From assembly GCA_030141605.1 (NCBI GenBank), contig JAQGDQ010001309.1, positions 1 to 48,112 on the forward strand: a stretch of 48,112 bases of DNA, in the 5' to 3' direction. Every line of letters starts with the position of its first letter. Position 1 is the stretch's first letter. The notes under the pieces are model-generated. The model was not told where the DNA came from, made no database searches, and saw nothing but the letters and a program-made list of their open reading frames with translations. This DNA comes from Tubiluchus corallicola. Its lineage: Eukaryota; Animalia; Priapulida. Shown in pieces: positions 25,956-39,177 of the stretch. A program made the position numbers and the translations under genes.

Positions 25956-26571
25956 TATTCTCTGCCCCAGGTTGCCATGAATCATCAGAATTTTCGTCTC
26001 CTGAGCCATTCTTATTGGCTTGATGCAAAGCTTCCAACCAATAGGGAATCACTCTCATACCGTATTTGTTTGTCAGTGTCGAAATTTCTTCAACAGGCGC
26101 ATGAGCTGCATCATTCTCATTGTCGTCACCTTCACTATTTTCACTTTGCAAAACACTTTCATTCACATGATCTTCGTCACTATCAGAATGCTCGTCTTCT
26201 TTAATGTCAATTTCAACAACCGCACTTTTGCAAAGTTCAACGCCTTCACGATTGTCGCTTCCTGCGCTTGTAACGCGTTCCGCGCTTCGAGTTTCACTGG
26301 ATTTAGCTAATTGTTCAAATAACTGCTGATGCTGAATTTCACCATCATTATCCATTTGTTTTGCACTCGCATTCTCTACGCAAGCTTCACTAACTGTTGC
26401 GACTTCTTTTTCCAGAAGAGATATGCTTGCCTTGGTACTTGGAACACAGTCACCACACGGAGGCGAATCTTTATCGGTGCCGCATTTCGTTTTCATGCAC
26501 TTCCGTCCCACATAATGTTCTTCAAGGACCTCTTCTGAGGTACGTTTAGCACCAGAACCATTTGCACTCAT
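25702..26571 (-). CDS. Hypothetical acidic, low-complexity 289-aa protein, intronless
   Basis: 870-nt ATG-initiated ORF in AT-rich DNA; D/E/S-rich with poly-Asp tracts; no recognisable domain. Confidence 0.55.
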
Positions 26572-27559
26572 GTCACAAACAAACGCAATGAAGCCAATGC
26601 TGTTAAATCGGTAGCATGATGTGTCAGATGCTCATCAAAAGTAGCCAAGTTTCGTTTTTTGAAACAACTGTTATTTCAGCTCAGCAACAATTATTTATAA
26701 GAGTTATAATGTTCACACGGTAACCACGGTAACCACATACATGAATACACCAGAACTGCAGCAAACCAATGATGACTTGACGCCTGCAAATTAAAGACAT
26801 GGCAGCATAAAAACTGATGTTTTCACGATATTTTGTATTATATACGAAACAAAAACTCTATCTGATACGGGTAAGTATAAGGCGCCTAACCCTTATAAAA
26901 TTAATAAAAGCAGAAATAAAAAAAGCAATACGGTTAGCGCAGAAGAATCCGAAGAGACAGCGATCGGAATGCAAGTAAAAACAGCGTCAATTTCCTTTTT
27001 GGGGAAAATTTTTGTAAAAGCAAAGCTTGTAAACTATTTTTGCAATTTCCACGGAGGTTTAAGTTATTCACTTCAGAATTGCACAGCAGTAAATTCAATT
27101 ACGGTTTCATGACAAAGGGGAAGCACAATATTCACATTTTTGGCATTCTTACCATGTCTTTAATATTCGGCAGTGTCATCAGTAGTATGTTTCGTTGTGT
27201 GTGCATCGATTCTATGTTATTTGAAGGAGCAAAATCTGATGCAGAGATATGATGTGGATACAAATGAAGCACATTATAGTCACACCCAAGTATGGCATTT
27301 ACAGACTTAAATCTCGTCTCAACCAAATTTTATCTATTTAAAGACAGCACATCATTCGAACGTCATGATAGTGTCAGAAATGGGATTTCGATAGTAACAA
27401 GCATTTTTATAGTTTCGCTGTGCGCATGTGCAGTAGCTGTAGGCCAAAGGTTAAGTTTTAACTACACAGCAATGCGTTTTAATACAATCGTCACGTGATG
27501 TGTGGGTAAAGCAAAGCCATATGCCTTATCATTTCACAACTGGGAAAAATGTAGATCTT

Positions 27560-28360
27560 ACAACAGCACTAAATTGAATTCTAGAGGAGTTATCTAGTAT
27601 GGAGACTCTAGATAACCATACACAATTTTCTGTATATATATATATACATAAATGAGGCATTGTAATAACCGGATTCACTGTGAATTGCTCATTAGTATTT
27701 AATTTATCTAGTATTTAAATAAATGAAATGCAATATCTACTTGAGTAGCATCAGTGAGATTATTAGTGAATTTAATTTACACATAATGGAAAAACTTATT
27801 AGAAATAACAGAGTTAGCTCAACTACGAGGATTTCAACTTAAATGGAAGGAAAATAGTAGTTATAAATTATAGTTAGCTTAGTAAAAATTTACACTACTT
27901 TTAGCATATCATAGATCTACAAAGATGAATACTGAGATATCAATTTTCTTTATATTTACTGATAAGATAATAAATTGATTTGTTTTTAATTTCTTGGGGA
28001 ATAGAGTTCCAGATATGGGGGTCTTGATAATTAAGAGAACACTGGGCTTTGATCGTTGGAGGCAAAACGAGTTATATATACGTTATTTTTAAAATTTTCA
28101 TAGGAGAGAGTTGCATGTTCTCTGAGACCAGCAAAGCAAATAGTCTTAACAATTATATTTTGATAAACAGTAAGATTTCGCATTGTAGTTTTTCTGGCAG
28201 ATCCCCATGTAGGTATCCCAGACTCTAAATAAGGGAATACTGGACCATAGTATACTAATTTCTATATATCTATCTGGAAAACGACAGAAATATATTAAGA
28301 TGTTTGCAATACAGCTAGTATTTTTCTTCAGTTTGTCTATATAATATTTGCAAAATATAA
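27560..28360 (-). mobile_element. Degenerate L2/CR1-group LINE 3' remnant
   Basis: Minus-strand peptide YYGPVFPYLESGIPTWGS resembles the post-RT LY..L..P.L.YG...WG motif; many stops. Confidence 0.5.
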
Positions 28361-28513
28361 TTACAATGAAAATGTTTAAGAACTCAGAGATAACGCCTCT
28401 ATGTCTATGTCTCCATCTTGCCGGGTTGTCACAGCGAAAGTCAATGGTCGCTAACGCATTGGTTGAGTTTGGTTCAATTCAATTTGTTGTTGCATTTTTA
28501 TATACTGTATATA

Positions 28514-29493
28514 CAAGGCGTCTCAGAAGTCGCTATACACTTTGATTTCTAATTTTCTTTTTAAATTTTTCTCCGATCTCAGCAAGCTGAAAGGGGGCAT
28601 TTGACAATGTATTTATTTATTTTTTTATTGGAACACCGTTAATTGCTATCACGATGATAGTAATGTGAGAAGTGAGGTACAAAATCATCTTGGCACGAAG
28701 TCCTTCGATCAACAACTGAAGTTTGTGGGATATTCAGAGTACCATATGAACCACACTGTATTTTGGGAAATCTATGCTTGGAAAACTGAGTAACGCTGTC
28801 GTCTATAACCTTTGCTTGTTAGTATGTATAGTCTCACTGGTTATTATACGCTTCATCATAATCTCATTGGCATGTAAATACTAATATCATTCTATTAGCG
28901 TGTGATATGTAACTCTAATATATCAGTCTATTACCTTAGCTAAAATTAATGGTTAAAGTGGGATTGTTATTGATTATAATTATATTTAATAAAGAAAATA
29001 TTTTGTGACTCTTTTGCTATGTAATACCAATACAGATGCATTTTTGCATGTTTGCTTGTTTATTTTTGTTTTATGCTTTTTAATCAAAAAGGTATCAGAC
29101 GAATAAATTCAGGATTGTTTGGCTTTGGCACAGATCTGTTTCCTACTGAGCACAGTGTAGTTTTATTATAGACATGAATTGGATCAAAATAACATTATGT
29201 GCTTTCCATTTGTGTCCTTTTTTCTTATGTTATTTTTTCTCTGCCATTTTGACCATGCCATTTTCACCAGTGCCATTTTGACCTGAGTCTTTTTTGCTGC
29301 ACACCCATTGAAAATGGTAACGAAAATAGTAAAGCTTACTAGTGTGCGATAGCTCTTTCCAGATTTTCATTTAATTTGAGCAAAAAAGACTGCCCAAATG
29401 TTATATTTGACCTGTATCAACCTTCAAACAATTTACTTTGTTTACTAAAAATTGGGAAAGTGTAAAGCGTATAGTGACTTCTGAGATACTCTG
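28514..29493. mobile_element. Tc1/mariner-like non-autonomous element
   Basis: Imperfect TIRs ta-caaggcgtctcagaagtcgctatacacttt / aaagcgtatagtgacttctgagatactctg. Confidence 0.6.
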
Positions 29494-29814
29494 CATTTTG
29501 TTCCATTGTACTTGTTCAACTTTTTCAAGTTTTTAGGCAGTTTTCATTAGCAATGCTTTCACAGGAATCCAAAATCAGTATGGTATAGGTCCTGGTAAGA
29601 AATTATTGTACAGGATTCAGTGAAAATGTGAAGCTTAATATTTAAGATTATACTGTATTTGTGGGAGTAGAGCTGCATTAAGGAAATCATGCCACCTAGT
29701 AAGCCACTATCTCAGATTACGTCAGCACATCCCAAATCCAAAAAGATCATGCGAGAGTGTACTGTTTAAGATGACAGGATGCTTAGATGAGGGACTTGCA
29801 ATTTAGGCACCGGG

Positions 29815-29829
29815 TGAGAGATAGATAGG

Positions 29830-29927
<98 letters not shown>

Positions 29928-29931
29928 AGAG
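29815..29931. repeat. (GA)n microsatellite
   Basis: Directly visible. Confidence 0.97.
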
Positions 29932-30939
29932 ATCTAAGCTGTTCAAGAAAACCCAAGATGCTAAAACTGAGAGACAGTTTTACCTAGGCCGAAAGTGTGA
30001 AGTTTTATTTCTCAGCCACTACGATAAATTATTACAAAATAGAGGAAAGGATTTAAGCAGTTTGAAGCCTAGAGAGAATTGAGAACACTTTACAGTGTGC
30101 TATTTATACATGCATAAAAGCGTTAACGTTTCGATAAGTAACTTGAGCTGCAAATAGAACCAGGATGTCTTGGAGGAGGAACAAGTACCATCAAGTAATC
30201 AAAGTAACCGATCAAAGTGGATATACTATAAAATCGCAGGAATCACATATAACCCTCACCTGTTCGTACAGAATGGTTGAAATTAAAATACCTCGCCTTT
30301 AAAGGTTTCCACGAATAAACAACTGGTACGCCTGCAGAGCCAGGTAAACTTAAACACACCAAAATTTTAATACATTTTCCACCTTTTCTTTAAATTATTG
30401 TAAAATTTTGTTTTCTACTTGTAAAGATGGTGTAACCGGTTTCCTGCCTTTCAACTTGTGAGAGGCGGCTGGCAGTAAAAGAGTGGTCTAGCTTACGGTT
30501 TTTCACCTCTGTGATATATGATGCCTTTTCAAGCTTTTGTTTTACTAATACTAAAGCTTTTTTGAACATTTTTAATTAGGCAGAGAAGATAAATTTATTA
30601 GATTAATAGTTTGTGATGAAATAGATTAATAATTGATGAAATATACTCGTGACTGTGTTTAATTCTTCCATATTATTTAATAAAGGTACTGTGACTATTA
30701 CTATATTAGTTTCATACGTCTAGTAGTACTAGCTTAATCTGGTGGTGGTAAATAAATACGTGTTCATACGTAAACATAATTACAGTTCAAGATGTTGTAT
30801 TTAGTTTGATGAAATTTACCCCTGACTGTGTTTATTTCTTCCATACTATTTAATGAAGGTACTGTGACTAAGGAACTGTTTACCTTGACAGCATTGAATC
30901 TTAGTCTGATCAATGGCTGTTTCAGTTGAAACCTGTTAA

Positions 30940-31560
30940 GTATGTTAAACAGACCAATGTTGATACTTCTTACACTTTACGTAATGGTATGATACCTGAA
31001 GTTGACAAGATCAGAGAAATCTTGGGGTTTACATATCTGGCTCACTGAAATTTAATGATCATATTGCTCATATTATAAAGACAACTAACCAAAGAATTGA
31101 CATTATTAGAAGATCAATTGCATGTTGTGAGTCATCAGTTATTGTACCTATTTATAAGGCTCTAAACAGACCCCAGGTGGAGTATGCATTCGTTGTTTGG
31201 ACACCGCAATGTGTATCTTTTAAAGAAAAGTTGGAAAGGTTCAACAAAGATGGCTATGTCTTGCTAGTGATCTGGATCTTATATATTGGATCTGGATCTG
31301 GATCGATATAGCTACCTTAGAGGAGAGACTGGACACAATGGATCTTGTCAACTTGTTTAAAATGTTGAATGAGAACACAGTTTTGGATCCAAAGGATTTC
31401 TTTGAACGAAAACGTGTCTCCATAATGGCAATAGCTTGGTAAATGTTATTCTGAGCTTGACAAAGGAAGGGCTTGCAGTGGATTTTTTTAACTTTATGTT
31501 TTCATGTTTGGGGAAGGGATTAATAGTGTGCCTCTGCAGCTTAATGCATATGAAGAGAAA
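30940..31560 (+). mobile_element. Degenerate CR1-like LINE ORF2 C-terminal remnant
   Basis: IYKALNRPQVEYAFVVWTPQCVSFKEKLERFNK and SYLRGETGHNG resemble the CR1 post-RT region; frameshifted. Confidence 0.6.
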
Positions 31561-32073
31561 TATCATGATCTTTCAAATTTAATTTTAGGATTTACATTTT
31601 CAGCATTTGAAATCATAATTATAAATCACATGATCAGATTAATTGTAATATTTTGAAATCATTTTAATTATAAGTATATATTAATCATTTATATATTAAA
31701 ACATTTTGAACTGTAATTATTTAATGACTAGATCGGGACCTTTCGTTTGATATATAGATCGCCACAAATGGTTCCGTCGCCCGAGCTGTAGCCTCGAATC
31801 TTATATATATATATATTAAGCCCATGCCAGCGAAATTAATATATAGATGTTTTAGGTATGTACTATGTACTCTTTATGTACGTGCCATTTATTTACCACT
31901 ACTAAATTAAGCTAGTACTAGACTCTTATATGTTATATACCTTTCATTTGTAATTTTAATTAATTTTATGCATCATTAGATAATATATTTGTACATATAG
32001 TGCATTTTCTAAATTGGTAATAATTAAATATACTAATAATATTCATAATAATAATATATTCATAATAATAATA

Positions 32074-32577
32074 CAGTGGCCGCCGCTTATTATGGACACG
32101 GTTATTGTGAACAGCCGGTTATTGTGGACAACTCGCGAGGGACGGAATTTTCCCCTAATAAAATCCGCCGGTTAATATGGACAACCGCCGCTTAATATGG
32201 ACAGCGAACATTCTTGGCACGTGAACCAGCCGCGCCAACCACGGCCTGCGCGCGTGATTGAAAAGAGCTTCCCGCTCTGCTGCCTGTGTGAGTCATTGCA
32301 TCAGTCAGTTCGCCGTTTGCCGTGGCCTTGAGAGCTTCGAAACTGTGATAACTTCCTTCCGTTCAAGGTTGAGAGAAAAGTTTCCTGCCAAACAAACTCG
32401 TCTGACTTCTTTTTTTCAATAAAACAGGAGACGAGTTGATACAGACAGACAGACAGTTTTTTGCCTTTTTTAATGAAGGGGAAGGGTCTTCATAGGTCAC
32501 TTCGCTTAATATGGACAGCCGCTTAATATGGACATACACTGCTGGCCCGAGGTGTCCACAATAAGCGGCGGCCACTG
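32074..32577. mobile_element. Tc1/mariner (pogo/Tigger-like) MITE
   Basis: TIR cagtggccgccgcttatt(a/g)tggacac at both ends; TA TSD. Confidence 0.9.
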
Positions 32578-32974
32578 TAATAATAATAACAATCACTATT
32601 ATATTAAAGTTAATTTTTATAAAATAGTAAAACTGCATCAAAAATTGCTAAAATCAAATACAAATCCACTCGTGCTTTCTGACAAATTCTGGAAAGTCTG
32701 GTAAAGTTGCTGCTCTTTAACTGCTAATGCTTGCTTGTTTAACAAAGCAAGGCTGTGCATCAGATATTTTGATGAATAGATTTTGGTGTGTGTGTGAGTA
32801 ATCAACAATGAATACGCTTTAGTTCTTCTTCTACATGTGTCAGTGTGCATTTCTTTTCGTGGCATAAAGGTACTTTTTGCTATGTTATTTAATTAATTTC
32901 TTCTAGACCTGCACCATTCAAAACAGGTCTTATAAGACCTATGAGATTTCTGCTACTATATGAGCACAGACATA

Positions 32975-33429
32975 CCGTATTTTCCCGTGTATAAGAGACC
33001 CTTGTGTATAAGAGACCCCTTCAATTTTTAGGCAAAAATTCTGGAAAAAAGTTTTTTCAGATGGACATTTTTAGAGGGTAAAGTACAACTATTTTCAACT
33101 CAGTGCGGTACTGAAAACAAAATAAAACCAGTTAATGTGTTGTAGAAAAAGAGTACTGGTATATATTAAAGTGCGTACCTGCAAACCTGTAACAGGAAAA
33201 GAGAAAACGAGGAGATAATGCCTGTGTCACGATGCTTGTATTGCTTACAACGGCTTCATAGTCGAACGCGACACGCAAAACAGTTGTAGAGCACTTATTT
33301 CTTTAAAATCATTAGTGTCACAATTTATGCATCTTATTGAAAAGACTTACTCCCATGTATAAGAGACCCCCTATTTTTAAAGTGAAAATTCTGAGCAAAA
33401 AAGGGTCTCTTATACACGGGAAAATACGG
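32975..33429. mobile_element. Tc1/mariner (pogo-like) MITE
   Basis: Perfect TIR ccgtattttcccgtgtataagagaccc; TA TSD. Confidence 0.9.
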
Positions 33430-33778
33430 TAAGTTATAAGTTTATTTATTTCCACTCTGCATCTAACAGTAATAATAAAGATACAGATAATTTTCCACTG
33501 AAGTAAATATAAATATAAATGCAATATTATCCAGAAATTACAAAAGAGATTCTTATGCAGCATATACATGTGCAAATTACATTACAGAGTAATTTTGATG
33601 CATACAGTTTGAGCCTAAAAGCATAGCTTGACAGGCCAAACTGTACGTGGAAATCTTATAGAAGTGATTAATAATTGAAATAATAATAATATATACATAA
33701 AAGTGGGGGGGGGGGGGTAGTGAATGAAAGATGAAATGGAGCGAGAACTAAGAAAAACTGTGATCATGATTATAAAGT

Positions 33779-34625
33779 GACATAACTAAATGATTACAAA
33801 ATTAGGTACTGTTCTATTCAGGAGAATCTCGGCTATCCAATTGTGCTTTTGTTTAACATTTATAAGTGATTTAATTGGATAAAATTAAGAAAAACACGCC
33901 CTTTTCAGACACTTTAACTTAGCCTATGAGTAGCTTAGTCTGCTGTAGACTTGCGAGATCATACACACTAATTTATTGTTCGCATGCTTGCTGCAGCCCG
34001 AGATAACGGTCTGTGGTACAGGGTTCTAAAAAAGCTAACCGATCAGCCAAGGAGAAATTAAGGTCGTTTCATTTTTTAACGGGAATTTCTCCTTAAAAAT
34101 AAAGTAGACATGTAGACATGATATGTGTCAGAATGTTGTGTCTAGATAGTTGAAATTTTCTGCATTAGCCGATTTCACACAAGTGATACTGTACATTGTT
34201 ATACTGCAGACACTGCAGTTACTGAAAGCTCTTTTTAATTTTTTGATCGAAAATCGATTTTTAATTTGTCTAAGATAAGCAAATGCATTTCATTTATTAT
34301 TTTGCATGAAAATCCACTGTGTAAGGAGTAGAAACCAACAAAAATGATCAAATATAATGTATTTGAGTTTTTCACGCTCCCTTGCAAAATGCAGCAAATG
34401 CTTACGGTCCTGGAGGACATGGGTTCAATTCCCTAAACCTTCATTTTAACGTATTTTGTAATGGATTTGTAATCGGATCGTCTTTCTCATCCCCCGATGT
34501 CTTGTTTACAGCATTTGTTCCCTGTTTCATTAGTGGTCATCAGTTGTACAGTTGGTCAGTGTGTTCTTGTTTCTGTCAGTAGATGTGGACATTGGTCATT
34601 GCACACGTATTGCTGGTTGTGTTCT
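33779..34625 (+). repeat. Diverged direct copy of 41195-41993, including the acceptor and first 43 nt of a TMEM245 exon
   Basis: ORFs 34382-34582 and 41750-41950 are near-identical; the copy ends tctgtcagtag|atgtggacattggtcattgcacacgtattgctggttgtgttct. Confidence 0.9.
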
Positions 34626-34727
34626 TCAAGGAGTTAAATTTAATTCACTGAACTTTTTTGTTTCAGTGTTGAAGTTTCTTTGCTGAAGTCTGAGGAAACC
34701 ATAGTGTCAAACCTCAAAGCTTCAGTC

Positions 34728-35027
34728 ATGGGTGCTCAGTTTGTAGACAGCATGCTGAATCTGATACCAGAGGGCGACGCTAAGGCGCTGAAGCAAGCGC
34801 TCTACAACACCGTCGCTCTCATGTTTCTTCTCTTTTCCTGTGGCACTGCGTACGCCGTTTACCAGGTGCTGGAGGCGTTCATACGACCTCTGCTCTGGGC
34901 TGTTCTGTGCGGCACCGTTCTTCATCCCTTCAAGGCGTGGCTAACGAGCATCATGAAGACCTGGTTGCAAGGTTTAAGTGACAACGGAACTCCTCTGATG
35001 GCTGGCGTGTGTCTTCTGCCGGTACAG
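34728..35027 (+). CDS. TMEM245: Transmembrane protein 245, first coding exon
   Basis: KALKQALYNT...AVYQVLEAFIRPLLWAVLCGTVLHPFK is the TMEM245 N-terminal motif; acceptor ends 34666, donor cag|gtaaat. Confidence 0.92.
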
Positions 35028-36365
35028 GTAAATTGCTTGATTTGTGCCGATTCAGTTTTAGAAAACCTATGACTGGTTATGCCGCAGATGGTGAACGTGA
35101 CGTGACACATTTGACATGAACATAAATCCTGAATTATGTACTGTTATGTGCAGAAAGCCTTCACTATTTCATTCATTTTCCAAAGTTCATTCATGTTCCA
35201 AAATCGTTTATTCTAAAGAGAATAATAGAGAGAACATTAACAAGTAGGAAAAATAAATAGAATGATAAACAGAAGCTTAATAATTAAGAAGAAGTCAAGT
35301 TATTGGTAAAAGTACTTTCTCAAATTTCACAGATCAAATTCGTAAACTTAATTAAATTATTTAAATTCATGTAACTTACATCGTTGGCTCTTCGTCAAGA
35401 TTTAAAATTTCCCAAGGTACAAATTTGATAATAACTAAACTCTGTTATTAACTATAACACAATAATGATAAAAAAACATTGCTGTGAATAAGAACGTGAC
35501 CATCATTGTTCTCCTCCTGTCCTTTCCTCCCCGCACTGCTTGTAGAGGGCAGCACCTTCCAATAAATAAGTGTCGTTACGCATATTGCAGTTACAATGTG
35601 TTTTGACATATGCTGTAGAAAATATACTGTCGGCAACCGCATTAGTTATATCAACGTATATCAAAATTTATGTAAAGCCTACTGTTTGTCCTTGCGAATT
35701 TAAATGTTTTGCTTTAGCTGTTAAAATTATTAGTTACATGACCATCTCACTGGCTTTATGATGGAGAATCTCCTCTCTTGAAAATCCTATTCTGACTGGT
35801 CCGTATGACGAGGCTGCACCATCATGCTAAATATGCAAATTAGTTGACGCATGCGCCAGTAGCAATGATACCTGCACATGCCGTGCACACTTCACGAACT
35901 GAGCTATTGAAGATCAACAGTGGTGCTGCCCTCTGTTGGGCAAAAAGTTCATATATAGGTCGCAAAATGTCCATGGTCAAGAACTTGTGCAAAATTTACA
36001 GAAAAGATTGCTGTTATTACTGAATGCGAGCTGCAGTCTGCGTCGTGGTGAGCTTTGTTTTGTGTTCCCTATTGTACAAAATGTTTTGAATTATACCACA
36101 CAAAACATAACTACTTTTAAAATGACTGCATGAAGATGATGTTGAAGAAAATGTCTACTCATGATGTGGTGGTTGACAGCAGTGGAAATTAGAGAGTGAC
36201 AACACCAATGGTGGTAGCAACGATAGTTTTGACTGTAAAACTGATGGTGATGCAGCAAAAGTAACCTGTAGTCTCTAGTATCTGTAGTAGTAGTAAGCTT
36301 TCCTTTAAAATATTCCCCTATGCCAGAGCACTACGACACTAATTGTTCGGCCGTGAAAAGATTAA

Positions 36366-36715
36366 CCCTTTCATACCCGTTGTATCCCGTGGGATACGAG
36401 AATATTTTCTGCATTTAAAATTAATAAAATTTTAAAACTGACAGTTATTGGATCTGTTAATAGTTATTTTGATTTAAGCCAATAACAATAGACTAAAAAT
36501 TGTGATAAAATGTCAAACTAGAAAATCTACATAGCATAAAAACTGCGCAAGGTACAGTACTTTAGAGATGACTTTGTACAGATCAGCATAGCGTGCATAC
36601 TAAATGTCTTAAATACTTTAAGAAATTATCAACAGTTGCAAAATGAAGCACATTTTTACAAAAGTACAATCCAAAAAATTTTTCTTGTTAAAAAATAATT
36701 TGGGACTGAAAACAT
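36366..36715 (+). mobile_element. piggyBac-like MITE, internally deleted copy of 45148-45606
   Basis: ttaa-ccctttcatacccgttgtatcccgtgggatac... shared with the other copy; right end degenerate. Confidence 0.75.
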
Positions 36716-36898
36716 TAACTAATATTAATTATTTAATCTTGAAAAAAGTAATGAGCTACAACCATCAAAAAACTTGCTAGTCTTATGAATTCTACATTTA
36801 AAAGGTTTGTTCACTTAAGTGCTGAGCATCTTTGGATCATTCTTGGCGTAATTCAAAACATCTTATAGAACACAGGGTAGAAAACAAGGGTCACATTA

Positions 36899-36943
<45 letters not shown>

Positions 36944-37500
36944 ATGAATCACACGTCCATGGACATGATTCTGCTCACCTCCCTATGCCAGGACCCCCTG
37001 CTCGCTGCAATGCCCCAAGTGGATTTATTTCTAAGGATCAAAGCTGAAGTGTTTAAATCTTTCTGTGCAAAATCTAAATATCTTAACATTTGTCCTCCTG
37101 CAGGTTTTTTAGCTGGTTCTATGGCGTGTTGAAGAGCTATCTTCACTGGAATATCATCAGGTAGTCTAAGCATATGCCCAATCCATCTTAAACGGCGTCT
37201 TGTTATTTTTCTTGTCCAAGGTTCTTCTTTTATTTTTTCATATAGACCTTTGTTTGAAATCTTCTTTGGCCATGTAATACCCAAAATGTTTCTGTAATTT
37301 CGCCTTTGAAACGCATCGATTTCAGCTTTATGATTTGCTTTTAATGTTCAGAGCTCAGAGTTGTACAGAAATACAGTTTCAACTAAGGCTGAGAATATTC
37401 TAATTTTTGTTTCCAAAGAAATCTTCCTGTTCTCAAAAACTTTTGTGAGTTCTGAGAAAGCTGATAATGCCATTATCTTTCCGTCTTGATTCGACGTTTT
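36899..37500 (-). mobile_element. RTE-clade LINE 3' fragment with (TGA)n tail
   Basis: SLETKIRIFSALVETVFLYNSE and GITWPKKISNKGLY...RRRLRWIGHMLRL are typical post-RT motifs; the tail reads (tca)n on + at 36899-36940. Confidence 0.85.
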
Positions 37501-37899
37501 CTGTTGCCAGCAGACTACCGAGATACTTGCATCTTTGCCATGATTCATCACATTACAGCAGACTGCAGTGCGCGTTCAGCAATAACAGCAATCTTTTCTC
37601 TCAAGTTTTGCCCACGTTTTAGCTTTGAGCTTTTCCTAGCGTATATATTAAATTTATGGCCAACAGAGGACAGCACAAGTGTTTTTTTCATTAGCCTAAT
37701 TCATGAGATGTGCCTCGCATGGTTACTGTACAATGTACAGCTGTACAAAAATTATCAAGTCTAGAGAAAATTTTACTTTCGATAACGATAATCGCTAATC
37801 AATTTTTATTTTGTGTAGTAAGTAAGTTTTTTTGTGTAGCGGTTTTTTAAAACAAGTAACCATTGTTATTTCTGTTTATAAATTCTCATATATTATTAG

Positions 37900-37967
37900 G
37901 TACTTGATGCACTAAGGCAACAAAATTGCAGAAAACCGTATTACATCTAAAAACAGCTTTAATTATA
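37900..37967 (+). pseudogene. TMEM245: Candidate TMEM245 coding exon 2, frame-broken
   Basis: After ttattag, two single-base corrections give VLDALSNKIAETVLHLKTALII, roughly the segment needed between flanking exons; no donor seen. Confidence 0.35.
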
Positions 37968-38420
37968 TAATCTGTTCATTTAATTAAGATCCTCTTCTGA
38001 GGATCTTCAAACGATTTTAAAAACTTGCATAAAATAGTAATGTTCAACGTGCTTTTGTTGCATTTCTATGTTTTCGTAGATGTACGGCAATAAATGCAGT
38101 TTAAATTTAAAATTGCATTCACAGCTACACAGCAATACACTAGGCAACACCAAACAAAAATCTTCTCTGAAGTTTATGTTATTAGTGTAAATATTATTAA
38201 TTTTTTTGTTGATTTCTTTAGGCTGTAAACAGAGTGTCTGAAACGGTGGGCGGAACGTTTATACGCCGACTGAATTATATTGTCATTGGCATTCTCAGTA
38301 AGTACAAGTATTTTCTGAAGATTTTCTAGAAAATAAAGATGTGTTTTTAACATTTTTGCCATACGAGTTAGTTGCTGATTATTGGTCGATAAACCTTCAT
38401 AATGTTAATTGTCAGAAATA

Positions 38421-38918
38421 CAGGGATGAGAATTTTCCGCGCATACGCGGAATTCCGAGTTTTTGGAAGATCAGTAGTGCTATTTTTGTAAATCGCGTAA
38501 ATTCGCTGATAAAATTTTTGCGGACCCAATACATCATTTCACAAGCTGACTGCTAATTGGCAGGCCGTCACTTTGTTTACATCATGTACATCAGTATAAC
38601 CACGTGTATATCTCTATGTATAAAAATATAGAATCAATTGTGCGGAGTTATTCGAGTCAATTGCAGACAGTTTTTATATACTTTTGCATAGGAGCGGCCA
38701 GTACTCAGGCATTTTTGAGACAATTAGGTATCATGTATCCTTGATAGTTGGGTATTTTAAATTATGCAGGAAACAAGGTAATTGATATTTTAAGTTCTCT
38801 ATGGTCACAAAATTGCAATTTGTTGCTGGCTCCACTTGAACTCCATTGGGGGCCTAGGTGGCTCCAAAACCCCCCTACCTGTTTCAGAGTTTTTTACAAT
38901 TTGTCATTCTCATCCCTG
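38421..38918 (+). mobile_element. hAT MITE, family B
   Basis: TIR cagggatgagaat / attctcatccctg; homologous to 40691-41101. Confidence 0.85.
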
Positions 38919-39177
38919 GAAATACTGTGGTGTTTGGCATCGTCATGATGTGCACTGATTGGCATACCTTGTGCTGTGATTACGTGTCTGAAAAAATCTC
39001 TTAAAATTCCATGCTGGTTATAATTATCTGTCGTCTTAGCAGGTTACAGAATGCGCTCGTGTTGATCGGAACAGTTTAGTTACAAATTTTCAGGAAAGAA
39101 AAAGCAAGTCGGGTGTTCTTGATCTGCCACTCGTTTTGAGACGAAACTTTGCGAAGGAAATGTAACTGTGTTGATTT

